Of a DNA stretch of 24,000 bases, positions 8,641-18,658 are shown piece by piece. The notes beneath the pieces were generated by a model, which worked only from the letters and a program-made list of their open reading frames with translations, did not search any database and was not told where the DNA came from. The first letter of the stretch is position 1; every line of letters begins with the position of its first letter. The translations under genes were made by a program, and so were the position numbers. The DNA is from Escherichia coli (GTDB lineage Bacteria; Pseudomonadota; Gammaproteobacteria; Enterobacterales; Enterobacteriaceae), in NCBI RefSeq assembly GCF_003856635.1, contig NZ_CP023853.1; one strand, given 5' to 3'.

Positions 8641-8838
8641 GTGAGATTGCTGTTAAAAGGGCTCGTCGGAATGGCGCTGGCTTGGCTTGTTATTGGTTTC
8701 GGGATGGAGTTATTTTTTCTCGCCGATCGGGTTCATCCGGCATTAAGAGTAATTGTTGTCCTGGGGATGTTATTCCTGCTGATAATGATTGCGGGCGGTA
8801 TGTGCCGTTCTCTTCTGTCACGAAAGAAAACATCATGA
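8641..8838 (+). CDS. Small hydrophobic (probably two-helix) membrane protein
   Basis: Track ORF begins 8554, but AAGGAG followed by 6 nt and GTG at 8641 (VRLLLKGLVGMALAWLVIGFGMELFFLADRVHPALRVIVVLGMLFLLIMIAGG...) is a better start. Start uncertain. Confidence 0.5.
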   Translation: MRLLLKGLVGMALAWLVIGFGMELFFLADRVHPALRVIVVLGMLFLLIMIAGGMCRSLLSRKKTS

Positions 8839-8903
8839 CGATCCTGTTTACGCCGCTACATTTGTGGCGGCGGATGATGCCCGTTTTATGATTATTCAGA
8901 AAA

Positions 8904-9720
8904 ATGTATTTACCTGCCACGCCATATTCAGCGACCAGCGTCGGACAGAAATATCGCTTTTTCTCAATTATTATGAAAATTAATCTTCCGTTCATAAACT
9001 GGTCACAGATTAACAATGATAAGCGCCTTGTGTTATCAGTGGTTGTCTTTACCCTTTCTAATCTCCTTGTATCCTCCGGCGCGCATCTGATCTACCGGGT
9101 GTTATTCTTTATCCTGGCACTTCTTATTATTAAGGCGATGAAATCGCTTACGCTGCGTTTTATTCTTGCCTTTTCGTTCACATTACTGACAGCGGCAGAT
9201 ATCAGTATCAGTTTGTATTCATGGTGTACATTCGGTACAACATTTAATGATGGTTTTGCAATCAGTATCCTTCAGACAGAGCCTGATGAAGTAATAAGAA
9301 TGTTCAGAATGTATGTCGTTTATGTTATTGCGTTTATTATCCTCTTTTTATTGTTCTTCTGTTCTGCAATAAAGACATCGTCTTCATTTTTTTCGAAAAA
9401 GAACACTGTAACCACGTTTTTATTGTTAATTACAGTAGCGTTATGTTCTTCCTTTCAGTTTGCGTTGAAGAAACAGTATCAAATAAATGAAGTTGATCCT
9501 TACATAGTCGCTTCCCGGTTTGCCACATATACAGCTTTCCTCCACTGCGTATAATGATTATCTGATTAATGCATGGATGGGGGTAACAAAGCCGGAACAA
9601 CCGAAAACGCTGGAGGAGGTGATTACCCGCTGGCAGGGAAAATCAGATGTTTTTGATGCAAACCATAACGTGTTTGACTATAACGTATTGCGAAAGAACT
9701 TTAATGAACCCCTGGAATAA
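8904..9720 (+). pseudogene. Remnant of a phosphoethanolamine transferase (OpgE/CptA/EptA-like): N-terminal TM region fused out of frame to a short C-terminal tail, catalytic domain missing
   Basis: 8904-9554 encodes only the multi-TM N-terminus (SWCTFGTTFNDGFAISILQTEPDEVIRMF). 9520-9720 in another frame encodes YNDYLINAWMGV...VFDYNVLRKNFNEP, which resembles the C-terminus of OpgE in this same window (ANDFLGFFSQWTGI...VDYNHLGTDIFDP). Confidence 0.62.
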
Positions 9721-9770
9721 TTCGTTAAAGTAATTTACTACGCTATTTTTTCAAAAGAAACTTTCAGAAA

Positions 9771-9799
9771 ATAACCCCAGGGCGATAACCTGGGGAAGG
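9771..9799. terminator. Hairpin CCCCAGG-N7-CCTGGGG, possible terminator remnant
   Basis: Perfect 7-bp inverted repeat 9775-9781 / 9789-9795 between the remnant gene and the convergent TPR gene; no strong U tract. Confidence 0.35.
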
Positions 9800-9860
9800 G
9801 AATTTCACTGTATTATTATCAGATAAGTTATTACTTATTTAAAAATACACTATGCAATAT

Positions 9861-10901
9861 TTACTGATACCGGATACAGGGATTTATTCCCCCGGCTGTA
9901 AATGGCAATATCCAGGGCCAGACTTCTTCTCCCCGCCATGTTCTGCATTTCTGTACAATCTCTTCAGAACTCCGTTCGTCGATTCTTTCCAGCAACTTTT
10001 CCTGCTGTCTTAAAATCCTCTCGCATATTTCGACATCATCTTCCTGCATCAGCATTTCGGCGCATTTCATGATTTCTGCCCGTTCATGCAGCACAGCGGA
10101 ATGGTTACAGAGCCAGTTTACAAACAGCAGTGCTTCCGGGTATTCTCCCCATAATGGGGAGTATGTTACATAATAATCTTCAGCAGTATCCGGACCGCAT
10201 GAAAAGTTATGCCACACAGCAAGTGGAAATGGATGCCGGTTTCCGCACAGCATTTCCGCGATGTAAGTGTTTGTGACAAAGCCATGGCGAAAAGCTGTGG
10301 CAGCCTTAACATGTTCCCCGTTCAGAAAATGCAGAAGGCCGAGTTCATACCAGCAGGGTGAGAATTCACCGGTATGCGATTTCAGTACACGGAGTGCGCG
10401 CTCATGGTCGCCAGCACGTAACAGTTCCGACCCCAGCAACCAGCGTGCTCCCTGATTATCTTCGGGGTTGTACGCCAGTATTTTTTCAATGAGCATGACA
10501 GCATGCCGGTGACGCTGTAAGTGCACATTTGCGAGAATTGTTGCATAAAGGGCGCGCAGATAAGGCCGGTTTTGCGGATTCATCCAGATGATTTCACCGC
10601 TGAAACTTTCAGGTATAAGGCGATTAGCAACCACCATTCCTTTAAGCGCAGCGTTCAGTGCCTTACGCGGAGAGTTTTGTTCCAGAAATACGTATGCCAG
10701 GTGAGCGTGGACATCAATAAAGTCAGGCTCCTGTCGGGAAAGACGCCTGAGTTTGTTGATATAACTTGTTTCGCTGATTTCATCCGCGTCGTATGCATCA
10801 AGCAGTTCGTCAAACTCATCCAGCAACGGGCCGAACCAGGCGTCCGGGAATACGAACCACCCCTGGTTATCGTTCACTTCAAAGCGTAATCTGTCATTCA
10901 T
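9861..10901 (-). CDS. Tetratricopeptide repeat-containing protein
   Basis: Helical repeats such as DVHAHLAYVFLEQNSPRKALNAALKGMVVANRLIP and GARWLLGSELLRAGDHERALRVLKSHTGEFSPCWYELGLLHFLNGEHVKAATAFRHGF. Confidence 0.75.
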   Translation of the reverse strand: MNDRLRFEVNDNQGWFVFPDAWFGPLLDEFDELLDAYDADEISETSYINKLRRLSRQEPDFIDVHAHLAYVFLEQNSPRKALNAALKGMVVANRLIPESFSGEIIWMNPQNRPYLRALYATILANVHLQRHRHAVMLIEKILAYNPEDNQGARWLLGSELLRAGDHERALRVLKSHTGEFSPCWYELGLLHFLNGEHVKAATAFRHGFVTNTYIAEMLCGNRHPFPLAVWHNFSCGPDTAEDYYVTYSPLWGEYPEALLFVNWLCNHSAVLHERAEIMKCAEMLMQEDDVEICERILRQQEKLLERIDERSSEEIVQKCRTWRGEEVWPWILPFTAGGINPCIRYQ

Positions 10902-11240
10902 TTTCTGAGCCTGTAAAACCTGTGGTGATATGGTCCGGGAGCATAAAGGTTGAGATGCTGTGTATCAGGCTCTGTCCTGGCCCCCGAATGAACATTTCTT
11001 ACGAAGCCAGTGCATACCTGCCTGGCATTGATAACAATAATATTATCTTTATATGAATTTCATTTTTTATAATGATGTCAGATGACTGAAATGCTAAATA
11101 ATATCTGAATCAATTTTTCCTTTGCTGGAGGTGCCGGAATAAGTGCAAGGCCATATTCTGTAATCACCAGCCTGAAAATGTCAATTTGTCTGCAATCATG
11201 TTTTTTGTGATAATTTTGCAGATGAAAAAATATAATTAAT

Positions 11241-11278
11241 AACAAAACCCCTCCGGCCCTGCAGGCCGGAGGGTAAAA
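11241..11278 (-). terminator. Rho-independent terminator downstream of the integrase gene
   Basis: Perfect 10-bp stem CCCTCCGGCC/GGCCGGAGGG (11249-11258 / 11264-11273); on the minus strand it is followed by GTTTTGTTATT. Confidence 0.75.
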
Positions 11279-11325
11279 TACTTAACCAGGAAAAAGTATC
11301 ATGGAAAAGTATTTCTGACTTAACT

Positions 11326-12504
11326 TTACTGGCTGGAGAGTGAATCAATGTAGTCGGCGTACCACTGCATCATTTCACGGCGACCATCGAGATACTGCGC
11401 GTGGTTATAGGTGCCACGCATGACGTTTTTATCAACGTGGGCAAGCTGGAGTTCAATCCAGGCCGAGCTGAAATCATGGTCATGAAGAATGGTACTGAAG
11501 GTATGCCGAAAACCGTGAGCTGTTGTCAGGGCATGCCAGCCTGACTGCTCAAGGAATTCATTAATACACTTACGGCCCCGGGGGCGGTCTTTCCTGAATG
11601 CCCCGGGAATAATAAAGGCGGAATGACGCGATTCAGTGCGTGTTTTTATCTCCTTCAGTAACGCCAGTACCTGACGTGAAAGCGGCACAACATGCGGTCG
11701 TCGCATTTTCATTCTTTCTTTTGGAATAACCCACAGGGCCTCCGTGAAGTTTATTTCATCCCAGCTCGCCAGCCGCAGTTCTCCGGTGCGAACCGCTGTA
11801 AGAACCAGCATTCGCGTTGCCAGTGACATCAGATTTCCGGAAGCCGTCATCTGATGCATGAAAGCCCCCATCTGCTCTTCAGAAAGTGTCCTGCGCTGTT
11901 GTTTTTCAGGAGGAAGCAGTACCCCGCTGAGTGTTGACGCTGGGTTAACAGTTGCACGTCCTGTTGCTATGGCATAATCAAAAACCTGCGCACAGAGCTG
12001 GCGTGTTTTACGCAGTGCTTCAAGTTTTCCCTGTTCTTCAATCACCCTCAGGACGTTCAGTATTTCCATGGGACGTATCCCGGTCACAGGACGGTTTCCA
12101 AGGGCAGGGAAAACATGATTTTCAAGTCTTGCACGCTGGTCTGCCTGGTAACCTGCTGTCCATCGACGTGCCATATGGGTAAGCAGTTCCTCTGCAATGG
12201 TGCGGAATGTGCAGGCCATACTCTCCCTGATGGCAAATTTTAGCGCCTGTTTCTCATATGACGGGTCCTTTCCTTCAGCCAGGAGTTTACGCGCTTCATC
12301 CCGTTTCTGACGCGCCTGAGCCAGAGATATGTCAGGATAGACACCAATCACCAGTTTCTTTTCCTTACCGGCAAAACGGTACTTCAGATTCCAGTAACGG
12401 GAACCGGATTTTTTGACAAGAAGATAAAGTCCCTGACCGTCGGAAAGTTTGTAATCCTTGTCAGCGGGTTTAGCTGACTCAATTTGTCGAACAGTAAGTG
12501 GCAT
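11326..12504 (-). CDS. P4-type tyrosine recombinase / genomic island integrase
   Basis: MPLTVRQIESAKPADKDYKLSDGQGLYLLVKKSGSRYWNLKYRF... (DUF4102-like arm-binding N-terminus). Catalytic motifs TAVRTGELRLASWDEI, HGFRHTFSTILHDH, and YNHAQYLDGRREMMQWYADYID. Confidence 0.93.
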   Translation of the reverse strand: MPLTVRQIESAKPADKDYKLSDGQGLYLLVKKSGSRYWNLKYRFAGKEKKLVIGVYPDISLAQARQKRDEARKLLAEGKDPSYEKQALKFAIRESMACTFRTIAEELLTHMARRWTAGYQADQRARLENHVFPALGNRPVTGIRPMEILNVLRVIEEQGKLEALRKTRQLCAQVFDYAIATGRATVNPASTLSGVLLPPEKQQRRTLSEEQMGAFMHQMTASGNLMSLATRMLVLTAVRTGELRLASWDEINFTEALWVIPKERMKMRRPHVVPLSRQVLALLKEIKTRTESRHSAFIIPGAFRKDRPRGRKCINEFLEQSGWHALTTAHGFRHTFSTILHDHDFSSAWIELQLAHVDKNVMRGTYNHAQYLDGRREMMQWYADYIDSLSSQ

Positions 12505-12522
12505 AATGTTAATCCCGAAAAG

Positions 12523-12543
12523 TAGCCCCCATAATAGCCCCCA
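12523..12543. repeat. Short tandem direct repeat TAGCCCCCA-taa-TAGCCCCCA upstream of the integrase
   Basis: tagcccccataatagccccca read directly; placement just upstream of int suggests recombinase arm-type or autoregulatory sites. Confidence 0.4.
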
Positions 12544-12638
12544 AAATTATCTTGATGCACATGGAAGATGGTTGACATCCAGAGAGGAGAGATTTCTGAT
12601 AATGCCTTATTTTAAAAGCTGTTGAAGGGAGAGGATAG

Positions 12639-12672
12639 AGTTCTGTTGAAATCAGTTGATAGCAACAGAACT
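12639..12672. repeat. Inverted repeat AGTTCTGTTG...CAACAGAACT between integrase and glnH
   Basis: Perfect 10-bp arms (12639-12648 and 12663-12672), 14-nt spacer, within a larger imperfect hairpin (gaggat/atcctc outer arms). Confidence 0.6.
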
Positions 12673-12732
12673 TAATAGATCCTCCCCGGCGGGGAGAGGG
12701 AACTGCCAGTGCGCTTTACAGGCGCAGCGTTA

Positions 12733-13494
<762 letters not shown>

Positions 13495-13534
13495 CTATCC
13501 ACGGGACGATCCCCTGCGTGACATTCACATATAT

Positions 13535-13550
13535 GAAAAAATCGTGCCAG
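13535..13550 (-). promoter_or_regulatory. Sigma-54 promoter (glnHp2) of glnH
   Basis: Minus strand CTGGCACGATTTTTTC upstream of glnH matches the -24/-12 element at the expected place. Confidence 0.75.
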
Positions 13551-13622
13551 TTTTGCAACTCATTGATTTTTCGAGATGCGGCAAAAACGTGATGCACGAT
13601 TTATAGGGCAATACCCTGAAGA

Positions 13623-13652
13623 TGCACCATTCTGGGGCACCAAACTGGTGCG
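13623..13652. promoter_or_regulatory. NtrC (GlnG) binding sites upstream of the glnH sigma-54 promoter
   Basis: TGCACC-attct-GGGGCA (13623-13639) and GGCACC-aaact-GGTGCG (13636-13652), each close to TGCACCN5GGTGCA. Confidence 0.72.
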
Positions 13653-13812
13653 CTAAAATTGTGCACTCAACACAGTGATTATTTAGCGTAAAACCTGATG
13701 AAAAAACAATCTTTATGTAACGATTGTGTGATGATGTGGATACAAAAAATTTACTTAACCAGCTGGGGATAGCAGATGGATGCACTAAATAAGTGCGTTG
13801 AGGCGGGCTACA

Positions 13813-13847
13813 AAACAAAACGGCCTCCTGTCAGGAAGCCGCTTTTA
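13813..13847 (-). terminator. Probable dps terminator
   Basis: Minus strand GCGGCTTCCTGACAGGAGGCCGTTTTGTTTTG: GC-rich hairpin followed by T-rich run just downstream of dps. Confidence 0.65.
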
Positions 13848-13882
13848 TCGTGTACTAAAGTTCTGCACCATCAGCGATGGAT

Positions 13883-14560
<678 letters not shown>

Positions 14561-14685
14561 TTATTTGCTCGCCAGGAATTTTCGGAATAAATATGCTTTT
14601 GCATAATTCGATATATAAAGACGGTGTAGAGGAAAAGTAGCGAGAAAATCTGCATGGTTATGCATAACCATGCAGAAATGTAAAT

Positions 14686-15573
14686 TTAATTTATGTCTAA
14701 TTCTTTTATTTTGCTCTCTTTGCGTACTGTCAGCGTAGAACCCATTGAAGCGGCGATGATAGCGCCGAGCGCCAGCAGCTGTATGGGGGTCAGTGTTTCT
14801 CCGAGGAAAATCATCCCGGAAACGGCAGCCAGAGCCGGTTCCATGCTCATTAGCGTACCAAATGTGCGTGTTGGCAAACGGGTGAGGGCAATCATTTCCA
14901 GCGAATAAGGCAGAGCGGTCGAGAGAATAGCGACAGCCAGCCCCAATGGAATAACCGACCAGTGCCAGAGTGCTTCACCAGCCTGAAGCGCTCCAATTGG
15001 GACGAAAATTAACGCTGCAATCAACGAACCAATTGCCACCGTCGCAGGGCCATGTTCCGCTCCTGCGCGTTGCCCACTTAAAATGTAAATAGCCCAACAA
15101 GCCCCGGCCCCCAGTGCCAGCGCACAGCCGGTTAAATCGACATGGGAAACGTCTTGCCCCAGCGGTAGCAGGAACCACAGACCAAGAACCGCCAGCACAA
15201 CCCAGACGAAATCTACCGGGCGACGAGAAGAGAACAGTGCCACCGCCAGTGGTCCGGTGAACTCCAGCGCCACCGCAATACCCAGCGGTACCGTCTGAAT
15301 AGAAAGATAAAAAAGATAATTCATTCCACCCAGCGAAACGCCGTAAAACAACAGCGGTAATCGTTGCTCTTTGGCAAAGCGCAGTCGCCATGGCTTAAAG
15401 AACGCGATGAGGATCAGCGTGCCTAATGCCAGACGCAGCGCAGTGACACCCGGTGCGCCCACCAGAGGAAAAAGTGACTTAGCTAACGAGGCTCCACCCT
15501 GAATAGACGCCATGGCAACGAGCAATATGACTATTGGTAACCAGACCGGCATTTTACGTAATGAACCAGGCAT
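14686..15573 (-). CDS. rhtA: Threonine/homoserine exporter RhtA (EamA/DMT family)
   Basis: MPGSLRKMPVWLPIVILLVAMASIQGGASLAKSLFP...; start taken at the second Met of the track ORF. Confidence 0.96.
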   Translation of the reverse strand: MPGSLRKMPVWLPIVILLVAMASIQGGASLAKSLFPLVGAPGVTALRLALGTLILIAFFKPWRLRFAKEQRLPLLFYGVSLGGMNYLFYLSIQTVPLGIAVALEFTGPLAVALFSSRRPVDFVWVVLAVLGLWFLLPLGQDVSHVDLTGCALALGAGACWAIYILSGQRAGAEHGPATVAIGSLIAALIFVPIGALQAGEALWHWSVIPLGLAVAILSTALPYSLEMIALTRLPTRTFGTLMSMEPALAAVSGMIFLGETLTPIQLLALGAIIAASMGSTLTVRKESKIKELDIN

Positions 15574-15925
15574 CCTTTCTCCCACAAATATCTAAACCTA
15601 AGTAAAGCGTGGAGTGTACTGGATATACCCAATGCTGGTTGAGCATTTGTTGAAAAAATTTTCCCCCGTTTTGACTAAAATGCGCCAGGATTGATGGAAT
15701 CATTAGTCTGGTGATTAGGAATAATCTGGATGAATGACAGGGAAAATATGCGTAATACTTACGCAGTTCTCTGAAAAAGTGATTTAAATTTAGATGGATA
15801 GCGGTGTATGGAAACGTTCTGTTACATGAAATGGCCCGTTAGACATCATAAATCGCGAAGAGTTTCCCATTAATTTTTGATATATTTAAAACTTAGGACT
15901 TATTTGAATCACATTTGAGGTGGTT

Positions 15926-16441
15926 ATGAAAAAAATTGCATGTCTTTCAGCACTGGCCGCAGTTCTGGCTTTCACCGCAGGTACTTCCGTAGCTGCGACT
16001 TCTACTGTAACTGGCGGTTACGCACAGAGCGACGCTCAGGGCCAAATGAACAAAATGGGCGGTTTCAACCTGAAATACCGCTATGAAGAAGACAACAGCC
16101 CGCTGGGTGTGATCGGTTCTTTCACTTACACCGAGAAAAGCCGTACTGCAAGCTCTGGTGACTACAACAAAAACCAGTACTACGGCATCACTGCTGGTCC
16201 GGCTTACCGCATTAACGACTGGGCAAGCATCTACGGTGTAGTGGGTGTGGGTTATGGTAAATTCCAGACCACTGAATACCCGACCTACAAACACGACACC
16301 AGCGACTACGGTTTCTCCTACGGTGCTGGTCTGCAGTTCAACCCGATGGAAAACGTTGCTCTGGACTTCTCTTACGAGCAGAGCCGTATTCGTAGCGTTG
16401 ACGTAGGCACCTGGATTGCCGGTGTTGGTTACCGCTTCTAA
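15926..16441 (+). CDS. ompX: Outer membrane protein X
   Basis: MKKIACLSALAAVLAFTAGTSVAATSTVTGGYAQSDAQGQMNKMGGFNLKYRYEEDNSPLG...WIAGVGYRF. Confidence 0.98.
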   Translation: MKKIACLSALAAVLAFTAGTSVAATSTVTGGYAQSDAQGQMNKMGGFNLKYRYEEDNSPLGVIGSFTYTEKSRTASSGDYNKNQYYGITAGPAYRINDWASIYGVVGVGYGKFQTTEYPTYKHDTSDYGFSYGAGLQFNPMENVALDFSYEQSRIRSVDVGTWIAGVGYRF

Positions 16442-16456
16442 TCACTTCGGTGATAT

Positions 16457-16486
16457 AAAAATCCGCCTCTCGGGGCGGATTTTTTT
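16457..16486. terminator. Bidirectional terminator between ompX and opgE
   Basis: AAAAATCCGCCTCTCGGGGCGGATTTTTT hairpin with A/T tracts on both sides. Confidence 0.85.
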
Positions 16487-16489
16487 GTT

Positions 16490-18073
16490 TTAAGGTTTCG
16501 GGTCGAAAATATCGGTTCCGAGATGGTTGTAATCCACCTTCTGTAACTGGAAGTTGGTGATGTATATCGGCCCGGCTTTCTTTTCAGATATAAACGGGTA
16601 TTTGATATTTATTTCCTTCGCTTTAATTCCCGTCCACTGCGAGAAAAAGCCTAAGAAGTCATTGGCCGAGCGGCGGGCTTTAATCACCCGATGCGCTTTA
16701 TCGTCGCTGGAAATGACCATAAAAGGCACCTGGAAATTTTGCTGATACTTATCATCATGAGCAAGGTATTGCACGTCTTTGCCGCGCTCTTTAAAGGCCA
16801 GACCGTGGTCAGAAAAGTAAACCAGCGAGAAGCTGCTGCCGCTGTTGCGTAACTGATCGTACAGCTTGCGCAGTAAATCGTCTGTTTGCGTCATGGTATA
16901 GAGATAGCACGACGTTTCTTTCGATTGCACAAAGGTTTCGTATTTTCCTTGTGTCCGGTCGCAGGCCTGCGGATGCGAGCCCATCAGATGTAGAACAATC
17001 AGCTGCGGTTGCGAGTGCTCTTGCGCCAGCACTTGAGCGGTCATATCCAGTAACGCTTCGTCTTTCGTGTTTTTATCTGCTTCAAAATTACCTTCTTTCA
17101 GGAAGTACACTTCATCTGCTCGTTTGGCGATGCTGGCGATGGCGGTATCGTATTCGCCGATTTGACCCTGGTTGGAAAACCACCAGGTCTGGAAGCCCGC
17201 GCGATTTGCCAGGGTGACAAAGTTATCCTGAAACTGTGGTTTGCCATCGACAACGCGATTGAGCGTTAAGCCAAGCGATTTCTGCGTGGAGCCACTGGCG
17301 GCAATGTAGTCAGCAAATATCAAACCGTTAACGCTGCTGGCAAACGGGGTATTGTCCCAGTGACCGCCAAAGGCACCGAGGGCATCGCGACGCGCGCTTT
17401 CTCCGATCACCACCACATAGGTCTGATACTTCGGCTTAACGGCAGTGACCGTCCAGGTATCTTTCATTCCGGAAAGTTTTGCCATCCGTTCTTGCTCTTC
17501 AATCACCTCGTTATTATTGACGATGACATCCTTAGCAAAACGAAATACCGGATAGCCAGTATCTTTCAGTTTAAATACGCCGCCCCAGGCCAGGTTTTGC
17601 ACGGGAGCAACAAAAAATGTCGCCACACTGAATACCAGGCACAGGCTGTCGAAGGTATTCCAGCGCGCTTTTTCACTCTCTTTTTTTCGCCTGATTGCTA
17701 TTACGCCGAGCGCAAAAATAAATATGCCGACCAGGTAGCTGTACCACGGAAAAATCGTCAGGATTTCGGTCGACTCTTCCATATTGGTGGAGTGCAATGC
17801 CAGCAATGTATTGAAGTTAGGCGCGCCGTAGGCCTGAGCAAAAGGGAAATAACAAGCCGCCACCAGCGAACTGATACCGACCAGAACTTTTTGTACGCGA
17901 GGCAATGTTCGCCATAGCAAAAGCAAAATAGCCGTAAACGCAGCGGTGTAGAGCAAACTGAAGGGGTAACCTAAGCCGAGGTTAATTAATAGCGACTGTA
18001 AAAAGTAGAACGCAGTCCACGGGCTAAATACCCGGCTACGGGTAACAAGCGATTCTTTGAGGGTTAAATTCAT
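16490..18073 (-). CDS. opgE: Phosphoethanolamine transferase OpgE (YbiP)
   Basis: MNLTLKESLVTRSRVFSPWTAFYFLQSLLINLGLGYPF...; catalytic motif VVVIGESARRDALGAFGG; gene order rhtA-ompX-opgE-mntS. Confidence 0.95.
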   Translation of the reverse strand: MNLTLKESLVTRSRVFSPWTAFYFLQSLLINLGLGYPFSLLYTAAFTAILLLLWRTLPRVQKVLVGISSLVAACYFPFAQAYGAPNFNTLLALHSTNMEESTEILTIFPWYSYLVGIFIFALGVIAIRRKKESEKARWNTFDSLCLVFSVATFFVAPVQNLAWGGVFKLKDTGYPVFRFAKDVIVNNNEVIEEQERMAKLSGMKDTWTVTAVKPKYQTYVVVIGESARRDALGAFGGHWDNTPFASSVNGLIFADYIAASGSTQKSLGLTLNRVVDGKPQFQDNFVTLANRAGFQTWWFSNQGQIGEYDTAIASIAKRADEVYFLKEGNFEADKNTKDEALLDMTAQVLAQEHSQPQLIVLHLMGSHPQACDRTQGKYETFVQSKETSCYLYTMTQTDDLLRKLYDQLRNSGSSFSLVYFSDHGLAFKERGKDVQYLAHDDKYQQNFQVPFMVISSDDKAHRVIKARRSANDFLGFFSQWTGIKAKEINIKYPFISEKKAGPIYITNFQLQKVDYNHLGTDIFDPKP

Positions 18074-18344
18074 ATGCCACTATCGTAACAAACGCCATGT
18101 GCTTACCCTGGCGTCAAGGGTCAATACCTGCAAGAGTGCGTGAAGAGGGGAAAGGGGTCCGCATCCGCGAGCCGCAATATACGCAGGGCTGCAAGAAGAT
18201 AGAGCGAGCTGCTGTTCAGGTCAACTACCGACGAACAAATCTTTTGCGAAGGGGATTGCAAATCCGACAAAAAGTGGGGTTTTTCAGACCAAAACGCGTT
18301 GTGCCTGCATAAAAGCAGGAGTGAAGCGGCGTACCGCGACGCCG

Positions 18345-18473
18345 CTATTTATCGGAAGGTTTATCCTGCTGCGGTTTGTTGTTGACCATATCGCACAACA
18401 TAGAGAGCAGCATTAACCGTACTTTAAAGGGAGAATGACTAAACACGCGCATACACCTCTTGAACTCATTCAT
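18345..18473 (-). CDS. mntS: Small protein MntS (42 aa), manganese homeostasis; overlaps the RybA sRNA locus
   Basis: Translated by hand from the minus strand: MNEFKRCMRVFSHSPFKVRLMLLSMLCDMVNNKPQQDKPSDK, stop TAG at 18345-18347; not in the supplied ORF track. Confidence 0.95.
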   Translation of the reverse strand: MNEFKRCMRVFSHSPFKVRLMLLSMLCDMVNNKPQQDKPSDK

Positions 18474-18530
18474 AAGACCTCCTGACTTGCTAATCCCATC
18501 GATCCTTGAGGGATGATTGCATTACATACA

Positions 18531-18550
18531 GATATAGCACAGGCTATATT
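18531..18550. promoter_or_regulatory. MntR binding box upstream of mntS
   Basis: GATATAGCACAGGCTATATT, imperfect palindrome resembling the MntR consensus (AACATAGCAAAGGCTATGTT), between divergent mntS and mntR. Confidence 0.72.
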
Positions 18551-18658
18551 ATATAGCTATTGCTAAAACGTTAATTTTTTGTACCTTCGCAACTCTGGTT
18601 TACAATGTGCGCACGAAATGAGAACGCTATGTATGCGTCACCATAATGAGGAAGCATA

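Noticed and set aside
10902-11325. Possible additional gene or RNA between the TPR gene and integrase
   Set aside because: Only a short 87-aa ORF antisense to the TPR start and a terminator hairpin; nothing supportable as a separate gene.
12505-12732. tRNA 3' end as attachment site for the P4-type integrase
   Set aside because: No tRNA acceptor/T-loop sequence (e.g. GGTTCRANNCC) was seen here.
16951-17917. Long + strand ORFs (88 and 185 aa) opposite opgE
   Set aside because: Antisense to a recognised conserved gene; no independent support.
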